From Tubiluchus corallicola (Eukaryota; Animalia; Priapulida), in assembly GCA_030141605.1 (NCBI GenBank), contig JAQGDQ010001735.1:1-27394 (forward strand): DNA of 27,394 bases, written 5' to 3'. The notes under the pieces were generated by a model, which searched no databases, was not told where the DNA came from, and saw only the letters and a program-made list of their open reading frames with translations. The position numbers were made by a program, and so were the translations under genes. Of the stretch, positions 1 through 13,856 are shown piece after piece (position 1 is the stretch's first letter; every line of letters begins with the position of its first letter).

Positions 1-1304
1 TGACTGTAACACAGGAAACCTAGCAAATATGAACAAAAATGTTAGGTACTAACTACTAATACAGGTTAGAATGACTTAATTGAAAATAATGGAGGAAGAG
101 GTCAGCTATACGTGTTGTTATCCTAAGAATGATAAGTGGTTATTGATTTTCCGATTTTACTAAACTGGTAATCACTTTACAGGCATGAACTTTTGCTTGG
201 GGGATAATAAGCTTATTCTAAAGCAGTTCCTTAGTATGGATTATGGGTATTTGCATCTTCGTGTGTAAGGCGCTAATTAATGTTCCACATTAACCTCAAT
301 TCATGAAAAGATAATATAATACACGCACACTCCAAGCTAAGCATTGTAACATGTAGGCTTTGCGACAAATGAGTGAATGTGCATGTGGTAGATAGACGGC
401 TCTTGTTGATTAAGAGAATTGATGCCAGCTCAGCTATGTTGGTCTAGAAGTACAATATTTCGACAAGCGTGCGCCCTGAAAGTGGAAGGTTCTGAGTTAC
501 AGGTCCTAGTTGGGTCACAATTTTTCCGCGCCTGTTTCTATTAATTAATTAATTAGCCCTTTGCACGCACAGTATTAAAACAGCATAAGATGAAAATGTG
601 ATAAACAGATAAATATGAAAATGTTTTCTGCAGTAACTAATTACCATAACATGAATATAAGAATACAAATCTCCAGGTCATTGCAATTCAGGCCGCAAAA
701 AGTTATAATTAGCAAAGCATTTTTTATGAAGGACAGAATCACATTGCTTGACACGCAGCTCAAACAACTGATGAAATGTATCAGGAACTGCAGGGTGCTT
801 CCTAAAGCCAACATAGCTTTACAATTATGGCATCTTTGTATCCCGTGAAACCTTATTTCTGGGGAATTTTACGCATTTTGTCACAGTTTAGAAAAACTGC
901 TCAATTAGGACATTACTTCGTATGAAATGAAGTGTCTAATTAAGTAATCAAGGTATTAATTACCACAAACACTGCAGTAGACAACTAAGCCTAAAGCGTA
1001 TGTAGTGTTAATATCTCTGGGAACAAGAGCGTCATAAATGGTAATAAAATAAGTTCAAGCATTTTACCTCCATGAAGATTATCAATTGATTTAATAATTC
1101 AATCGTTCATTCGTTCGTTCGTTTATTCGTCCATTCATTCAGACGATAAGTATCTCTATTCGTTACCCAACCATTAGTTTGTTCGTTCACGTGCCGTTCA
1201 TTTAATTTCTTGCTTTTTCGTTGGCACGTCTATATGTTTAATTAGTTATTTTTTTCGTTCTTTCAGCAGTGTACCCACGCCAATCCTCACTCACTCCGCT
1301 CTCA
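1..1304 (+). repeat. Left arm of a large near-perfect inverted repeat (truncated by the window start)
   Basis: Reverse complement of 4064-5366. The same 77-aa ORF appears at 615-848(+) and 4519-4752(-). Differences seen by eye only at 1177, 1234 and a 1-nt indel in the T-run 1249-1255. Confidence 0.97.
423..540 (+). repeat. Degenerate tRNA-derived SINE-like head inside the IR arm (mirror copy about 4827-4944, minus strand)
   Basis: AGCTCAG...TTGG A-box-like segment followed by GAAGGTTCTGAGTTACAGGTCCTAG, which resembles a decayed tRNA T-arm/B box, then a T-run. No intact cloverleaf. Confidence 0.35.
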
Positions 1305-2264
1305 ATGTTTAGCACTATTGGCTCCAGAGAATACATGCACGAATGAGAAGAGCCGATTCTATTACTGACAGAATAAGACAAAAAGTTTCTCGTAATAGTA
1401 TATATCTGGGGAAAGTCTTCTTAAATCAAGCTGAAGAGTTCGATATAATGCTAGTTATTCAAGTTTTTCATAATGGGTATTCCAAAATTGCTCAAAGCTT
1501 AACTAATGCTTCTGTATACATTGAAAGCAAAAAGTAGTCCTATAAAAATGCAATAAGCGACATGTAGCACGTCTTCAAAGTTGCCTCACTCCAGTTAAAG
1601 TTGAATCTAGACAGTGGGATAGATTTTTCCTAGTCAAGAAATGTTACCAAGACCTTCACAGTGTGGCGCTCATGTACATGGGAAGCAGTACATACTTTGA
1701 AAAGGAATATGCTAGTATACTAAACAATAATGGACGAAGTTATTAATATTGAAGAACGGAATTAATACTAATTGACATTAATGAAAAAGCGAGATGCTCA
1801 AAATAAGCATAGCTGCCAAAAAGTTGATTGAATTTTACATACATAAAATAACTCTCAGGGGTGAGAAATATTAAATTTCTTTTATAATACTAATGGTTTA
1901 CGAAGATGCCACAGATGTAGTTCAGACTACAAAAAGTAAATGAAAAGATTAAAATGGCAAAAATTAAATAAGAGCTTATTTTAAGGTTATTGTTAATATT
2001 GCCTCTACTAGTGAAGCCGTTTACTTTAATCATTAATGAATACACTTATGCTCAACCAGAAGCAGCTCAAGTGCTTAATTTCACATGAACATGTAGTGCA
2101 TTGCTTAAATTAATTATTGTTTATGTGTTAATTAATTACAAATTTGCTCCTTGCAATTACCAGGTTCATTATTACACACTTGCTTTGAAACTCTTCATAT
2201 AATTTACACCTGATGCAAAATGTTAGCACTAAATTGAAATTTGCTGGAATTAGCATGGTTAGAC

Positions 2265-3135
2265 TAGAGCGATTTATAAAAAGAGGCAAACGTTGGAGGC
2301 GATTTTTTTCTGAAAATGAGCAACAAAGACAGTCTCATCAATTTGACTAAACTGAATCCGAAACAACATTTGAAATCTTGAAAAATTAGCGTAAAAGGGT
2401 CAAAAACGCAAAAAACGAAATGGCTGCCAAGTTTTAACGTAAACATTATAAATCAAAAGAAATTCCCAGAAAATGAACATTAAGCGGGCATTATGACATC
2501 TACTTAACGATAGTGGGACCTAAGGAATCCATCTAACATGGCCCTTTAAGATCGTTGTTAGTTTTCGAACAGTAATCTTCGCTCCTATGTCAAGATAACT
2601 GCAGCTACTGGTGTAATAATATATTAACTATATTGCATATTGATCAAAGGTAAATAAGGTGTGGATTTTGGTACTTATATTTAAATTTTAAACGTCATGG
2701 ATTTACGATAGTACCAATAGGGCCAAGCTTCTCAAGATGGCCGAAAAGATGGCCATGAAAAAAGCATCAGCTCTGTCAACAATCCATGTCAATATTGGTT
2801 GCAACCAGACTTCAGCATTTACAGAGACATGAAAAAAGAAGGATTGGTCCACTTAACAGAGGCATATATATTTAAGAAAGCACTACTAAAGCTGAACAGC
2901 TGACTGAACTCACGCCTGTGTTTGAATGTTTTGTTGTATTCCTGCATGACGACGTGCATCCGTTGCAAAGACCTGTTCATAAGAAAGGGAAGATCAGTGG
3001 AGTCAATTCCTCCAACATCTACCACACTGCTGGAGCGCACTAGATTTGTGGTATATCAGGCAGGAGACTCTTGGACTAGGTAGTGGTTATTGTCCCAGCT
3101 TTACCTGCATCATTTGACTGCAGCTGGAAGAGATC
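2265..3135 (+). mobile_element. Decayed, internally deleted Academ (AcademX-type) DNA transposon with XPG/FEN-like nuclease domain remnant
   Basis: Collinear broken motifs: VDFGT (about 2660), ASALSTIHVNIGCNQTSAFTET*KKKDW (2764-2847; cf. ALPxFHAxTGCDxxSxFxGxGKKxxW), FECFVVFLHD (about 2921; cf. ERFVxxLYD), KDLFIRKGRSVESIPPTSTTLLERTRFVVYQAGDSW (2967-3074; cf. LFxKKGRxxENIPPTxxALxxHxxRAxYQAGxxW), PALPASFDCSWK (cf. PxLPSPxxWGW). Stops and frameshifts are present. A TAGAGC start at 2265 resembles Academ termini. Superfamily assignment is from recalled motifs. Confidence 0.75.
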
Positions 3136-3232
3136 CGCTTAGGTGACATAGGAGCCGCAAGGGTGCCGAAAAACGGTCAAAAAGGGCGTTTATTGGAGGC
3201 TTTTCGCCCTCCGTTCTTCCCGGTGGGCCCGA

Positions 3233-3237
3233 TTATA

Positions 3238-3300
<63 letters not shown>

Positions 3301-3340
3301 TATTATCGTATATTATATTATATATATATATATATATACA
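3233..3340. repeat. Compound microsatellite: (TAT)n followed by (AT)n
   Basis: Directly visible; it produces the poly-Tyr in ORF 3163-3453. Confidence 0.97.
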
Positions 3341-4063
3341 CCACCGAAATTAATATATACGAAAGTAATAATAATAATATAGCTATATGCAATATAGTTA
3401 ATATATTGCACAAGTCACTGCAGTCATTTTGGCAAAACGACTTGCAACCATAAATAGGTGATGCTATAGATTTTTTGAGCGTCCGACATGGGTTCCTTGA
3501 CCTTGAGAAACTACATTTGAGTATTGACGGTTGATGGTAGAGTATTATCAAACAGACCAGTCGAAATAGGGAGATTTTATCTATAGAGACAGTGAAGAGA
3601 CTATATAATGATTTGTATAACTGCTGCCAAAAGTTAAAAAACCCGATTTCACACAGCATTAAAAGCCCAATTCCCTTAGGCTGCATGGAGCAAGACTGCG
3701 GCTGCATTTTTGCAAAGAGCGCCATTTTTATTTTCCTTTTATGCTTCCGACCTTTTGATGAAAATTTAAACATCTCTGTGGCGAATTTGCACAGACAACA
3801 GGGAATTAAAAAGTGAAACAATATCCAGCACATGCATTTGCTTACGCTTTACGATATAACAAAACTGAAGGAATTCAGATTCAAATCCGCGAACGTAACG
3901 CTGTGACCGTGCTTACACTTGATGTCCAGTGTCGTTGATCCTTTGTCACTTTTACCTAGGCATACGTTTTTTATCATACGCATTTATCGTACTACAGATT
4001 TTAACTTATTTTTTATTTTATTTCTGTGGTTACGTAAGTATTATGCCTCTTAGTGTGCGTGCG

Positions 4064-5366
4064 TGAGAGCGGAGTGAGTGAGGATTGGCGTGGGTACACT
4101 GCTGAAAGAACGAAAAAATAACTAATTAAACAAATAGACGTGCCAACGAAAAAGCAAGAAATTAAATGAACGGCACGTGAACGAACAAATTAATGGTTGG
4201 GTAACGAATAGAGATACTTATCGTCTGAATGAATGGACGAATAAACGAACGAACGAATGAACGATTGAATTATTAAATCAATTGATAATCTTCATGGAGG
4301 TAAAATGCTTGAACTTATTTTATTACCATTTATGACGCTCTTGTTCCCAGAGATATTAACACTACATACGCTTTAGGCTTAGTTGTCTACTGCAGTGTTT
4401 GTGGTAATTAATACCTTGATTACTTAATTAGACACTTCATTTCATACGAAGTAATGTCCTAATTGAGCAGTTTTTCTAAACTGTGACAAAATGCGTAAAA
4501 TTCCCCAGAAATAAGGTTTCACGGGATACAAAGATGCCATAATTGTAAAGCTATGTTGGCTTTAGGAAGCACCCTGCAGTTCCTGATACATTTCATCAGT
4601 TGTTTGAGCTGCGTGTCAAGCAATGTGATTCTGTCCTTCATAAAAAATGCTTTGCTAATTATAACTTTTTGCGGCCTGAATTGCAATGACCTGGAGATTT
4701 GTATTCTTATATTCATGTTATGGTAATTAGTTACTGCAGAAAACATTTTCATATTTATCTGTTTATCACATTTTCATCTTATGCTGTTTTAATACTGTGC
4801 GTGCAAAGGGCTAATTAATTAATTAATAGAAACAGGCGCGGAAAAATTGTGACCCAACTAGGACCTGTAACTCAGAACCTTCCACTTTCAGGGCGCACGC
4901 TTGTCGAAATATTGTACTTCTAGACCAACATAGCTGAGCTGGCATCAATTCTCTTAATCAACAAGAGCCGTCTATCTACCACATGCACATTCACTCATTT
5001 GTCGCAAAGCCTACATGTTACAATGCTTAGCTTGGAGTGTGCGTGTATTATATTATCTTTTCATGAATTGAGGTTAATGTGGAACATTAATTAGCGCCTT
5101 ACACACGAAGATGCAAATACCCATAATCCATACTAAGGAACTGCTTTAGAATAAGCTTATTATCCCCCAAGCAAAAGTTCATGCCTGTAAAGTGATTACC
5201 AGTTTAGTAAAATCGGAAAATCAATAACCACTTATCATTCTTAGGATAACAACACGTATAGCTGACCTCTTCCTCCATTATTTTCAATTAAGTCATTCTA
5301 ACCTGTATTAGTAGTTAGTACCTAACATTTTTGTTCATATTTGCTAGGTTTCCTGTGTTACAGTCA
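4064..5366 (-). repeat. Right arm of the large inverted repeat (may extend past 5366)
   Basis: TGAGAGCGGAGTGAGTGAGG at 4064 pairs with 1304-1285, and TTCCTGTGTTACAGTCA ending at 5366 pairs with position 1. Confidence 0.97.
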
Positions 5367-8300
5367 CAGTAAGCCCAAAGTTTTCACACTTAAATTTCAC
5401 GTTTGTATAAGAAAAATTGCATAATAAATATTACCTTTTTGTTTTTACACATTATTGCTGGAATACATATAATTTATACATGCTGTATTGTCACAATTTG
5501 TGCTGACAGTCGCCCAATAATTTAACATTGCTCTTCAACGTGTTTATCTTTCAACGCCAATGTCTGTTTTCATACGCTCAATATGCCTGCTCAAATCCTT
5601 GTAGCAGAAGATGCCAAGAGGATTAAGTAAACTTAACAGAGAAGTCATTAGGTTTCTGTGCCACACTGTCAGTTTTTTGTTTTTGTTTTTTTGCTGACGA
5701 AACTGCCGTTTCCAGAAAAATCCAAAATGTCGTGCTTTTGCCCGTGATGAGACCTTCGGGTTTAGGGCTGACATTATTCGCACCGAAATAAGCATTATAA
5801 ATTTACGGGTGTCACCTTGGATATAATGGTGACCATATGTTCTTAATCGTGAACCAGCAATGCCACAAATTCTTCTCATGTTATTGATATGTTTTGTGAA
5901 TGATAGCTTTTCAATAAGTGTAGTCCGTTACGCCACCATTTCAGTGTCACGCTGTAGTATTAATGGGAAAACAGTTCAATTCCGTTAAAGCTAATATCAT
6001 AATAACTTATCAACAAACAATTAAAGAGTTCCAAGACTTTGAAAACGAGTACACGTCGATCTAGGCCTACATAGTATAAAAATTGCGCTATAACTTCTGG
6101 CAAATCTTTTTGGCAACTACTGAGCAGGCCGTAGCGTATATATAAGAAACAGTGTCGGACAAACAGACACCACTGCGAAATTTAAAAGTCTGGAGGTAAA
6201 TACCTTATTACAATGATGGCTGGCACGGAGATGAAATGCGCTGGGTAGCCAATCTAAACAATCCAGTTGTCATAAGCTGTTTTTATGTGACTATACTATT
6301 TTTGACGAGCCTAGGATTCGAAGATGTTCTTCGTAAGTTATAAGAACATATGGAATTTCGCACAGCACGACGTTCTTTCACGTTAAATATTTTTTTAATG
6401 GTCACAAACACAAAATCTCTTCTAGATGCAGTTATAAAAATTTCGTGTTCGTATAATAATGTGTCCATGTGCAGACAGCCAGCTAGGTGTTTCGCCTTGT
6501 AGTCGTGGTTTATCATTTCGTCTAATGACAATAATTAGGCTTATTGGCTTCTCTCTAGAATGAATGCTGTGCCAATGAGATCGCATTAAATAAATCACGT
6601 CTCAATTAAATTACCCTCGCGAGTCTGAGGTAGATGAACAATTAGTAATTACATCAACATAACATTCTTGCAGCAGTCAACATCAAAAATTCTTGGGATA
6701 CATCCACAGAGAGGCAATTATGATGTCACGTATTGCGAGAGTCATTACAGTTTCACAACATCAAAAGTGAAAGATAATTTCTCACTAGTTAGTAGAACAC
6801 TAGAGAAAAAGTAAGGGTACGTCTTATGTTTCGCGGGTCTGTATTTAGTTTCCAAATTCCACAGTCTCTTTGACATTAAGAGGCACAGAGTCTATGTAAT
6901 GCCTCTGTAAAAAATATGCTGAATCAAGACAGCAGTTTAGAAAACCTCCAGACGTGAAGAAAAATTGTATTTTAATTTCGTTCCCTACGAGTCAAGTATC
7001 AACAAGTGCCGCATTGACACTTCACTCTAAGAAAAACGGTGTAAGGAAAACTTCCAGTTGAATAAATGGTCTTTCAATATCTGAATCACACACATCAGAC
7101 TAATTTTCGACTAGAGTTTAGTAATTGCATTTAGTAACGCTGTACTGAAACACTGTCATGGTGAAGTGAATGAATCTAAAACTAATTTTTTTGAAAAGAA
7201 GAACATGTGAATGAACATGGATTTGAACCTGAGGAGTCTTCAGATGACAAGTCAGCAAAATATTTCGCATTTGCAGATTATTTTCAGATTCTACTGATAC
7301 AGTATGCGGTATATAAGTGGTATACTTCTTTGTTTCAGACATTGCAATTAAATGTCCTGGCAGGCTGGCCTAAGGCCGGCAAAATTGCACTCTTGAGCGC
7401 CGTTTTATTGGATTTTTATGCAAAAAGCACTCTTGAGGCCTTTTGATTTATAATAGACTCGACGAGCGACTTACAAACAGAAACTGTCGACATATGCAAC
7501 AGACGTTGAGATTTCAATACCTTTACTGACTCTTGGTGCCGTAATCATTAAATCATGTCTGGCGCTAAAAGTATTATTGTAATCAATACGTCACTTCAGT
7601 GTTGTATAACCTATTAGCATACCCTCGGTGTAATGTTCTATTATAGACTAGTGGAATTATGTTGCCACTATAATTGACTCTCCTATCAACGGTCGTACAG
7701 CAAGGGAGGCAAATACATGCTGGATTAGGAGCAGCTAGTAAGCTGCAAAGACCTATTCAACGGATTGCCCATATATAGAGATTTACGTAGAGAATGGAGT
7801 TTACCGAATTTCCAGCAATCAGCAAAAATTTTGTAGTATAAGTGTATAACAAGATCGGATCTTCGCATGATCGATAGGGTTTAATACCAACAGAAACTAA
7901 AGCCGAGAAAGTAAATCAAGTGTACGCATACCAGTTGGCAATAAGGCTTATAGACAAGAACTAGTAAATCATTCCTCTTTCTACGTAAGTGATTTCCAGA
8001 GATGTAAAATTATTTGATTTGTCAGAAAGCTCTACCGTAAAGCTATATTTCCATCTGGGCCTACCGTCCATATAACAGATTATTTTTATTGGATTCAGTT
8101 GAGTAGGCCTATACGAAAATGTTGTTTAAATCCTAGCAACAATTTTATAGCCTAGGAAAATTAACTTGCAGGTGTTAAACAATTATCGTCTTTACCACCT
8201 TGGAAGAAAAGATGAAATACAGTGATTTTATTGACGACAATTAAAATAGCAACGTGCATAGTTACAGACTATTGCGCTCGCCAACTACTTAAGCTTTTTT

Positions 8301-9148
8301 AATTCCGGGTGTCCAGTCAGATTTTACAGGTGGTTCCCCTACTTTTAACTGGTATGTAGCTTGTTATGTAGAAATGTAAGAAACGTTTCTTCCAACTTAA
8401 CGTAGATAAACATCCATAGTTAGTTAAATTCAGAGGTTACTTTGGGCTGTTACACCCACCTTCATTTATACCAAAACTATATTTTTGCTCTCCTAAATGT
8501 TCACACTATATTACCGTTAACACTATTAGTGTCAGTAATGAATAAAACTTGGATTTGTTATATACATATACTAAAGCTCTGGACAAATACAACAATATTC
8601 AGTAAAATACAAAATAACAGATTAAATAAACTTATAGTGCCATAATATTGAAACAACGTCTGAAAAACAAAACTAACAGCTATTATCTCTCTATATGTTC
8701 AAATTGGCTCACGAAATAGAATTTGAAGAGGGCAAGTTTAGTTAAACAGCAAGAAAGTGAGCAGACTATATTCGATGCAATAAATGTTTTATTAAGGTCT
8801 TTTAAGGCATAACAGCCATTCTCTTGGGCTATGCCGCTCTTAAGCAGATTTGTGTTCTTGCAGTAGCAAACTTTAGTTGTGATTTTGAACTTTATGTATA
8901 ACTATATTGCTGACATATGAGTGATATAATTTAAAAAACTATAACTCGTTTAAATGGTTAAACGGAGCAATTAAAATTCAAATCTGAAAATAGTCACAGC
9001 ACCACAGTAATGAGCTTCAGCAAGTGAGAGGACTTGGTCAGGATGAGCATAAAAAATTTTGATGAATGAAAGCGCAATTACTTAGAGTTGATGTATCATG
9101 TTAGAATACTTAGAAATACTTGTTTGATCCTATGATACTTCTTAGCTA

Positions 9149-10227
<1,079 letters not shown>

Positions 10228-12050
10228 CTATTTTGCAGTGAAATACTAACAGTAAACAGAGAAAGAGATCGAATTATATATCTTGAAGCGAACGTCCTTA
10301 GGTTACGAATATGGGAAGCCAATGAACATACGAATTAATTACTCAAATGAAGCCGCCTACAATTCGTGCCACAGCTGGACAGCTGATGTCAGCCGTTAAT
10401 GTAGTCAATTATTGCCAAGAATGTATTTTGATTCCTATGCAAATTTTGTTATTCATTAAATGCTTATGGCGATCATTGTTTGATGCATACGTTAATGCAA
10501 GTTTATAATTTTGTCCAAAGTCTTTATTTTTTCTGCGAGAGTTACGGTTTACCTTAATTTTTCAATTGATTGTAGATGTTCAATATGCGTAAACAGAGGC
10601 CTACATCGGCGAAAATTTCCGAATGATAATCACTGGCATAAATTACACTAAAAGCTATTGTGAGAAAGATAAATTCTTTAATTAAATTAAATTGCTAAAC
10701 TATTCTGAATATATTCATGAATGAATGAATGAATAACATCCAAGATCATAATTTAACGCAGAGCAGACAGCATAACCTCCTTGCCTTCATTATACGGTAA
10801 ATCTGTTATTCAAACCATCTGATATTTGCAGATTTCATAATTATACAAAATCACATTCAGCACAACTAATTAAGCAGTATCGTGCACTTGCACCTATATT
10901 TCCTGCTTCCTGCTTTTATAGTGGGTATTCCTGTTTTACGCTCTTTCGCATATCTTCACTGTATTACATTACGTTTTATTGGGCCTTTTATTTGCGATAC
11001 ATTACAGGAAATGTGCTGCATTGCATTATTGTCAGATTATGAAATGCATAAAGTGATTTGTTTCGACGTATCAATTTGAATTACATTTGAATTTTGCTGC
11101 TTACGAGCATTACACACGTATTGGAAAGCAAGTTTCACTACGGAACAAATCGACATGAAAATACAAAGAAAAGTTTACACTACTCTTAAATTTCTAAAAG
11201 GAGGTTTCTCTTAGTAGCTCTTCCCTACATTTGTTAGTGGAGTCACATAGATTGCCATTCTTCAAAAGTTGTCATTGTTACTACTACCAAAGCTGTTTTG
11301 ATTTATATTACTATGGTTGATATTAGCATTCATTGTTCACGATTCGTTATTTTATCCTTTCGTTGTTGCTGTGACTGGTGTTGTTGGTGTTGGTGATACA
11401 CAGTGCAGTTGCTAATGACATTATGATATAGTTCCCAGTCAAACATCTGGTAACCATGTTACAAAATGTCAGTATGTGATCAGACCGCGATTATGATAAT
11501 TTATCTTAGACTATGGTTGTAATTATTTTTTGTTCCGGGGTTCAGTACACAGCAAAGAGATCGGAGGAATAATTCTAAGTGCCATTTCTCGGAAATGTGT
11601 ACAGTCTTTTTTATAACGACATATTATTGATAATTTATTGAAACTGCTCTTTCATGTCGACCGTTGTTTGCATGGATTTCCCAAAAATTACAAAAACATA
11701 CGAATTAAAAATCGCCTTTAATTTGCATATCAATAGATGGAAGCTATAAATCACAAGAATAACTGCAAAACTCCCATAATGGCAACTCACTGAGCTTACG
11801 AGCTTCCTTCAATGGATTCAGGAAGATGGTTTGAATTTCAATACTTCCAATTCAGCTTGCAAAGTTTGCGAAGGTTTATACAGATGAATCCGCGTATAGA
11901 ACTTGAATATAGAACTTTCACCAGTATTAAAGAAAACGCTTACACAGTCAGGGAGGCGACTAGTCAGTATGCAATACGTAATTTTAATGAAAAGTTTAAA
12001 ATACTGTTGAAAATTCCTAATAGCATACACAAAATACGTAAATTCTAATC

Positions 12051-12191
12051 ACTTACCGTGACGTTTCATTACTGCGCTCCGTAAAATTTTCCAGACAACA
12101 ATTTTAGGGATTATATACCGGTAGGCGACGGCTGTTTAGCAGGAAGAGAGGGATGTATGTAAACTCTATGCAACTGATTGAGGCATTTATA
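12051..12191 (-). promoter_or_regulatory. Candidate upstream non-coding exon or core promoter of the mGluR gene
   Basis: Consensus donor CACG|GTAAGT at 12057/12056, Inr-like TCAGTT at 12177-12172 and TATAAA at 12191-12186, all on the minus strand. TATA-Inr spacing (about 16 nt) is not canonical. Confidence 0.25.
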
Positions 12192-13701
12192 GGAGAATCT
12201 GTTTAAAGATATTCACAGTCTGGGGTGAATGAAACGCCACGGAAAGTGATTAGAATGTTACACATCAAAGCTCCATATTGCATATCTGTTTTAGCAGTCG
12301 TCGCGGCCGTGTAAATGTTTCCTTTTATACAATGCTTGTAACTAAAGGCATCTAAGTATCTAATAAACAACTTTCTGATATTTTTTGATACTAGAATTAA
12401 ATTCATCCGTATACTAGCAGTTAAAAAATTGTTTCAATTATTAATAACATTGACACGGCTGCAACACCACTGCTGTTACTGTTGCCGCTGCCGAAAACAT
12501 TTGAACCAGGTCGTAATTTAAAATGCAAGTGGATCATGCGCTTGAGTACTGTTTTACTGTCATGAACGGCAAACACGCTGAAGTTGGCTAAAGGTGCATT
12601 TAAACACACCTGTAGGTTGAGGACTTATTACCAGCTTTTAAACAAAAGCTTGTGGCATTTCAAACTGGTACTAAAGTGGTTTTCTAAGCATTCGTTAGGA
12701 GAAACATATTATAGGAGAAAAGCTTAAAATTTATGTATTCAACGGACGAATTAAGTAAGTATTTCAATTTTCCAATGAAAAGATTTTTTATATGGCTTGG
12801 CTATCGGCACTACAGTCGAAATCCAACACTCAGTAAGTGGGCCTATTAATTACTTTGTTTAAGGCGTATATTTTATTATATAACCTATTATTATTAGCTA
12901 TGACATTAATAATGGTAGCAAAATCGTGATACTAACTATCAAGAACAATTTTATAAGATGAGATATTTAACTGGAATAGGCACAGGTATATATGTGTTGC
13001 TCAAAAGCAAGTAATTTGGGACCACTATATACTTAATGTTAGTATATTGCTGTTTAAAGTCATTAGAAGTAGTTAAGTCAATTCAGTTAATTTATTCCGT
13101 AAGATAAACAAATACTTTTATATCACAAGTAAGTACATAAAATCAAATTGCGTTTTTTACAACAAAATTCAGATACAATTATTAAATTTGGTGCTAAACC
13201 TAGAAAGCGAGCTTGTATTAGGCCACCAGAATTAGTAGTGAACAAATTATTAATATTGTGCTATTGATAGTTAGAAAAAGGTACAGTGAGCGTTGGTAAT
13301 ATGTCATAATTACGATGTAAACTGATGTACAGCACAAAGAAATGATAAATTTCAACGCATTCGCTAAACATTTGTGGAGAAGGCAACACTTGATTAAACT
13401 ATACGGAGGTGTGCACTACACATATAATTATGTGTACAGATGAGAATTAATGACAATATTATTATCCTAGAGGGCAAATTGTTGAAAATGAAAATCAAAA
13501 AGTCATGATTGAGTGATCAGTTATTCGTGTCAAGTAAGTGCGATTTAAAGATAATTTTTTGAAAACTGACAGTGAGTTGGCATTTTTATACAACTGGAGC
13601 AACTGAATTCCATACGTAAGGGTCATTAATTTTTATTTTATGTGAGGTTGCAAATTCTCATTATAATGGATTGAAAATTTTCTAACATTTGTGTTGCATA
13701 A

Positions 13702-13856
13702 GTAAAAAGTTTGATAATTTAACAATAAGGATACAAACGTTTTTACTCTTCTTTTCTATAATACAATTACTAAAAGTAAAATGTAAAAAGTTTGATAATT
13801 TAACAATAAGGATACAAACGTTTTTACTCTTCTTTTCTATAATACAATTATTAAAA
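13702..13856. repeat. Tandem duplication, two copies of about 74 bp at 81-bp period
   Basis: GTAAAAAGTTTGATAATTTAACAATAAGGATACAAACG...ATACAATTA(C/T)TAAAA at 13702-13775 and 13783-13856, one mismatch. Confidence 0.95.

Noticed and set aside
615-848. Duplicated 77-aa ORF (also 4519-4752)
   Set aside because: No recognisable domain; the duplication simply reflects the inverted repeat.
1564-1746. Open frame ending CYQDLHSVALMYMGSSTYFEKEY, vaguely like a hAT dimerisation domain (YPxL...GSTYxCE)
   Set aside because: Similarity too weak to support without a profile search.
3163-3833. Poly-Tyr ORF and overlapping 171-aa minus-strand ORF
   Set aside because: Products of the microsatellite and TE-derived sequence; no domain.
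7117-7500. HCHGE plus acidic tail, possibly the end of another Academ-like Cys finger
   Set aside because: Only one short motif, with no collinear support.
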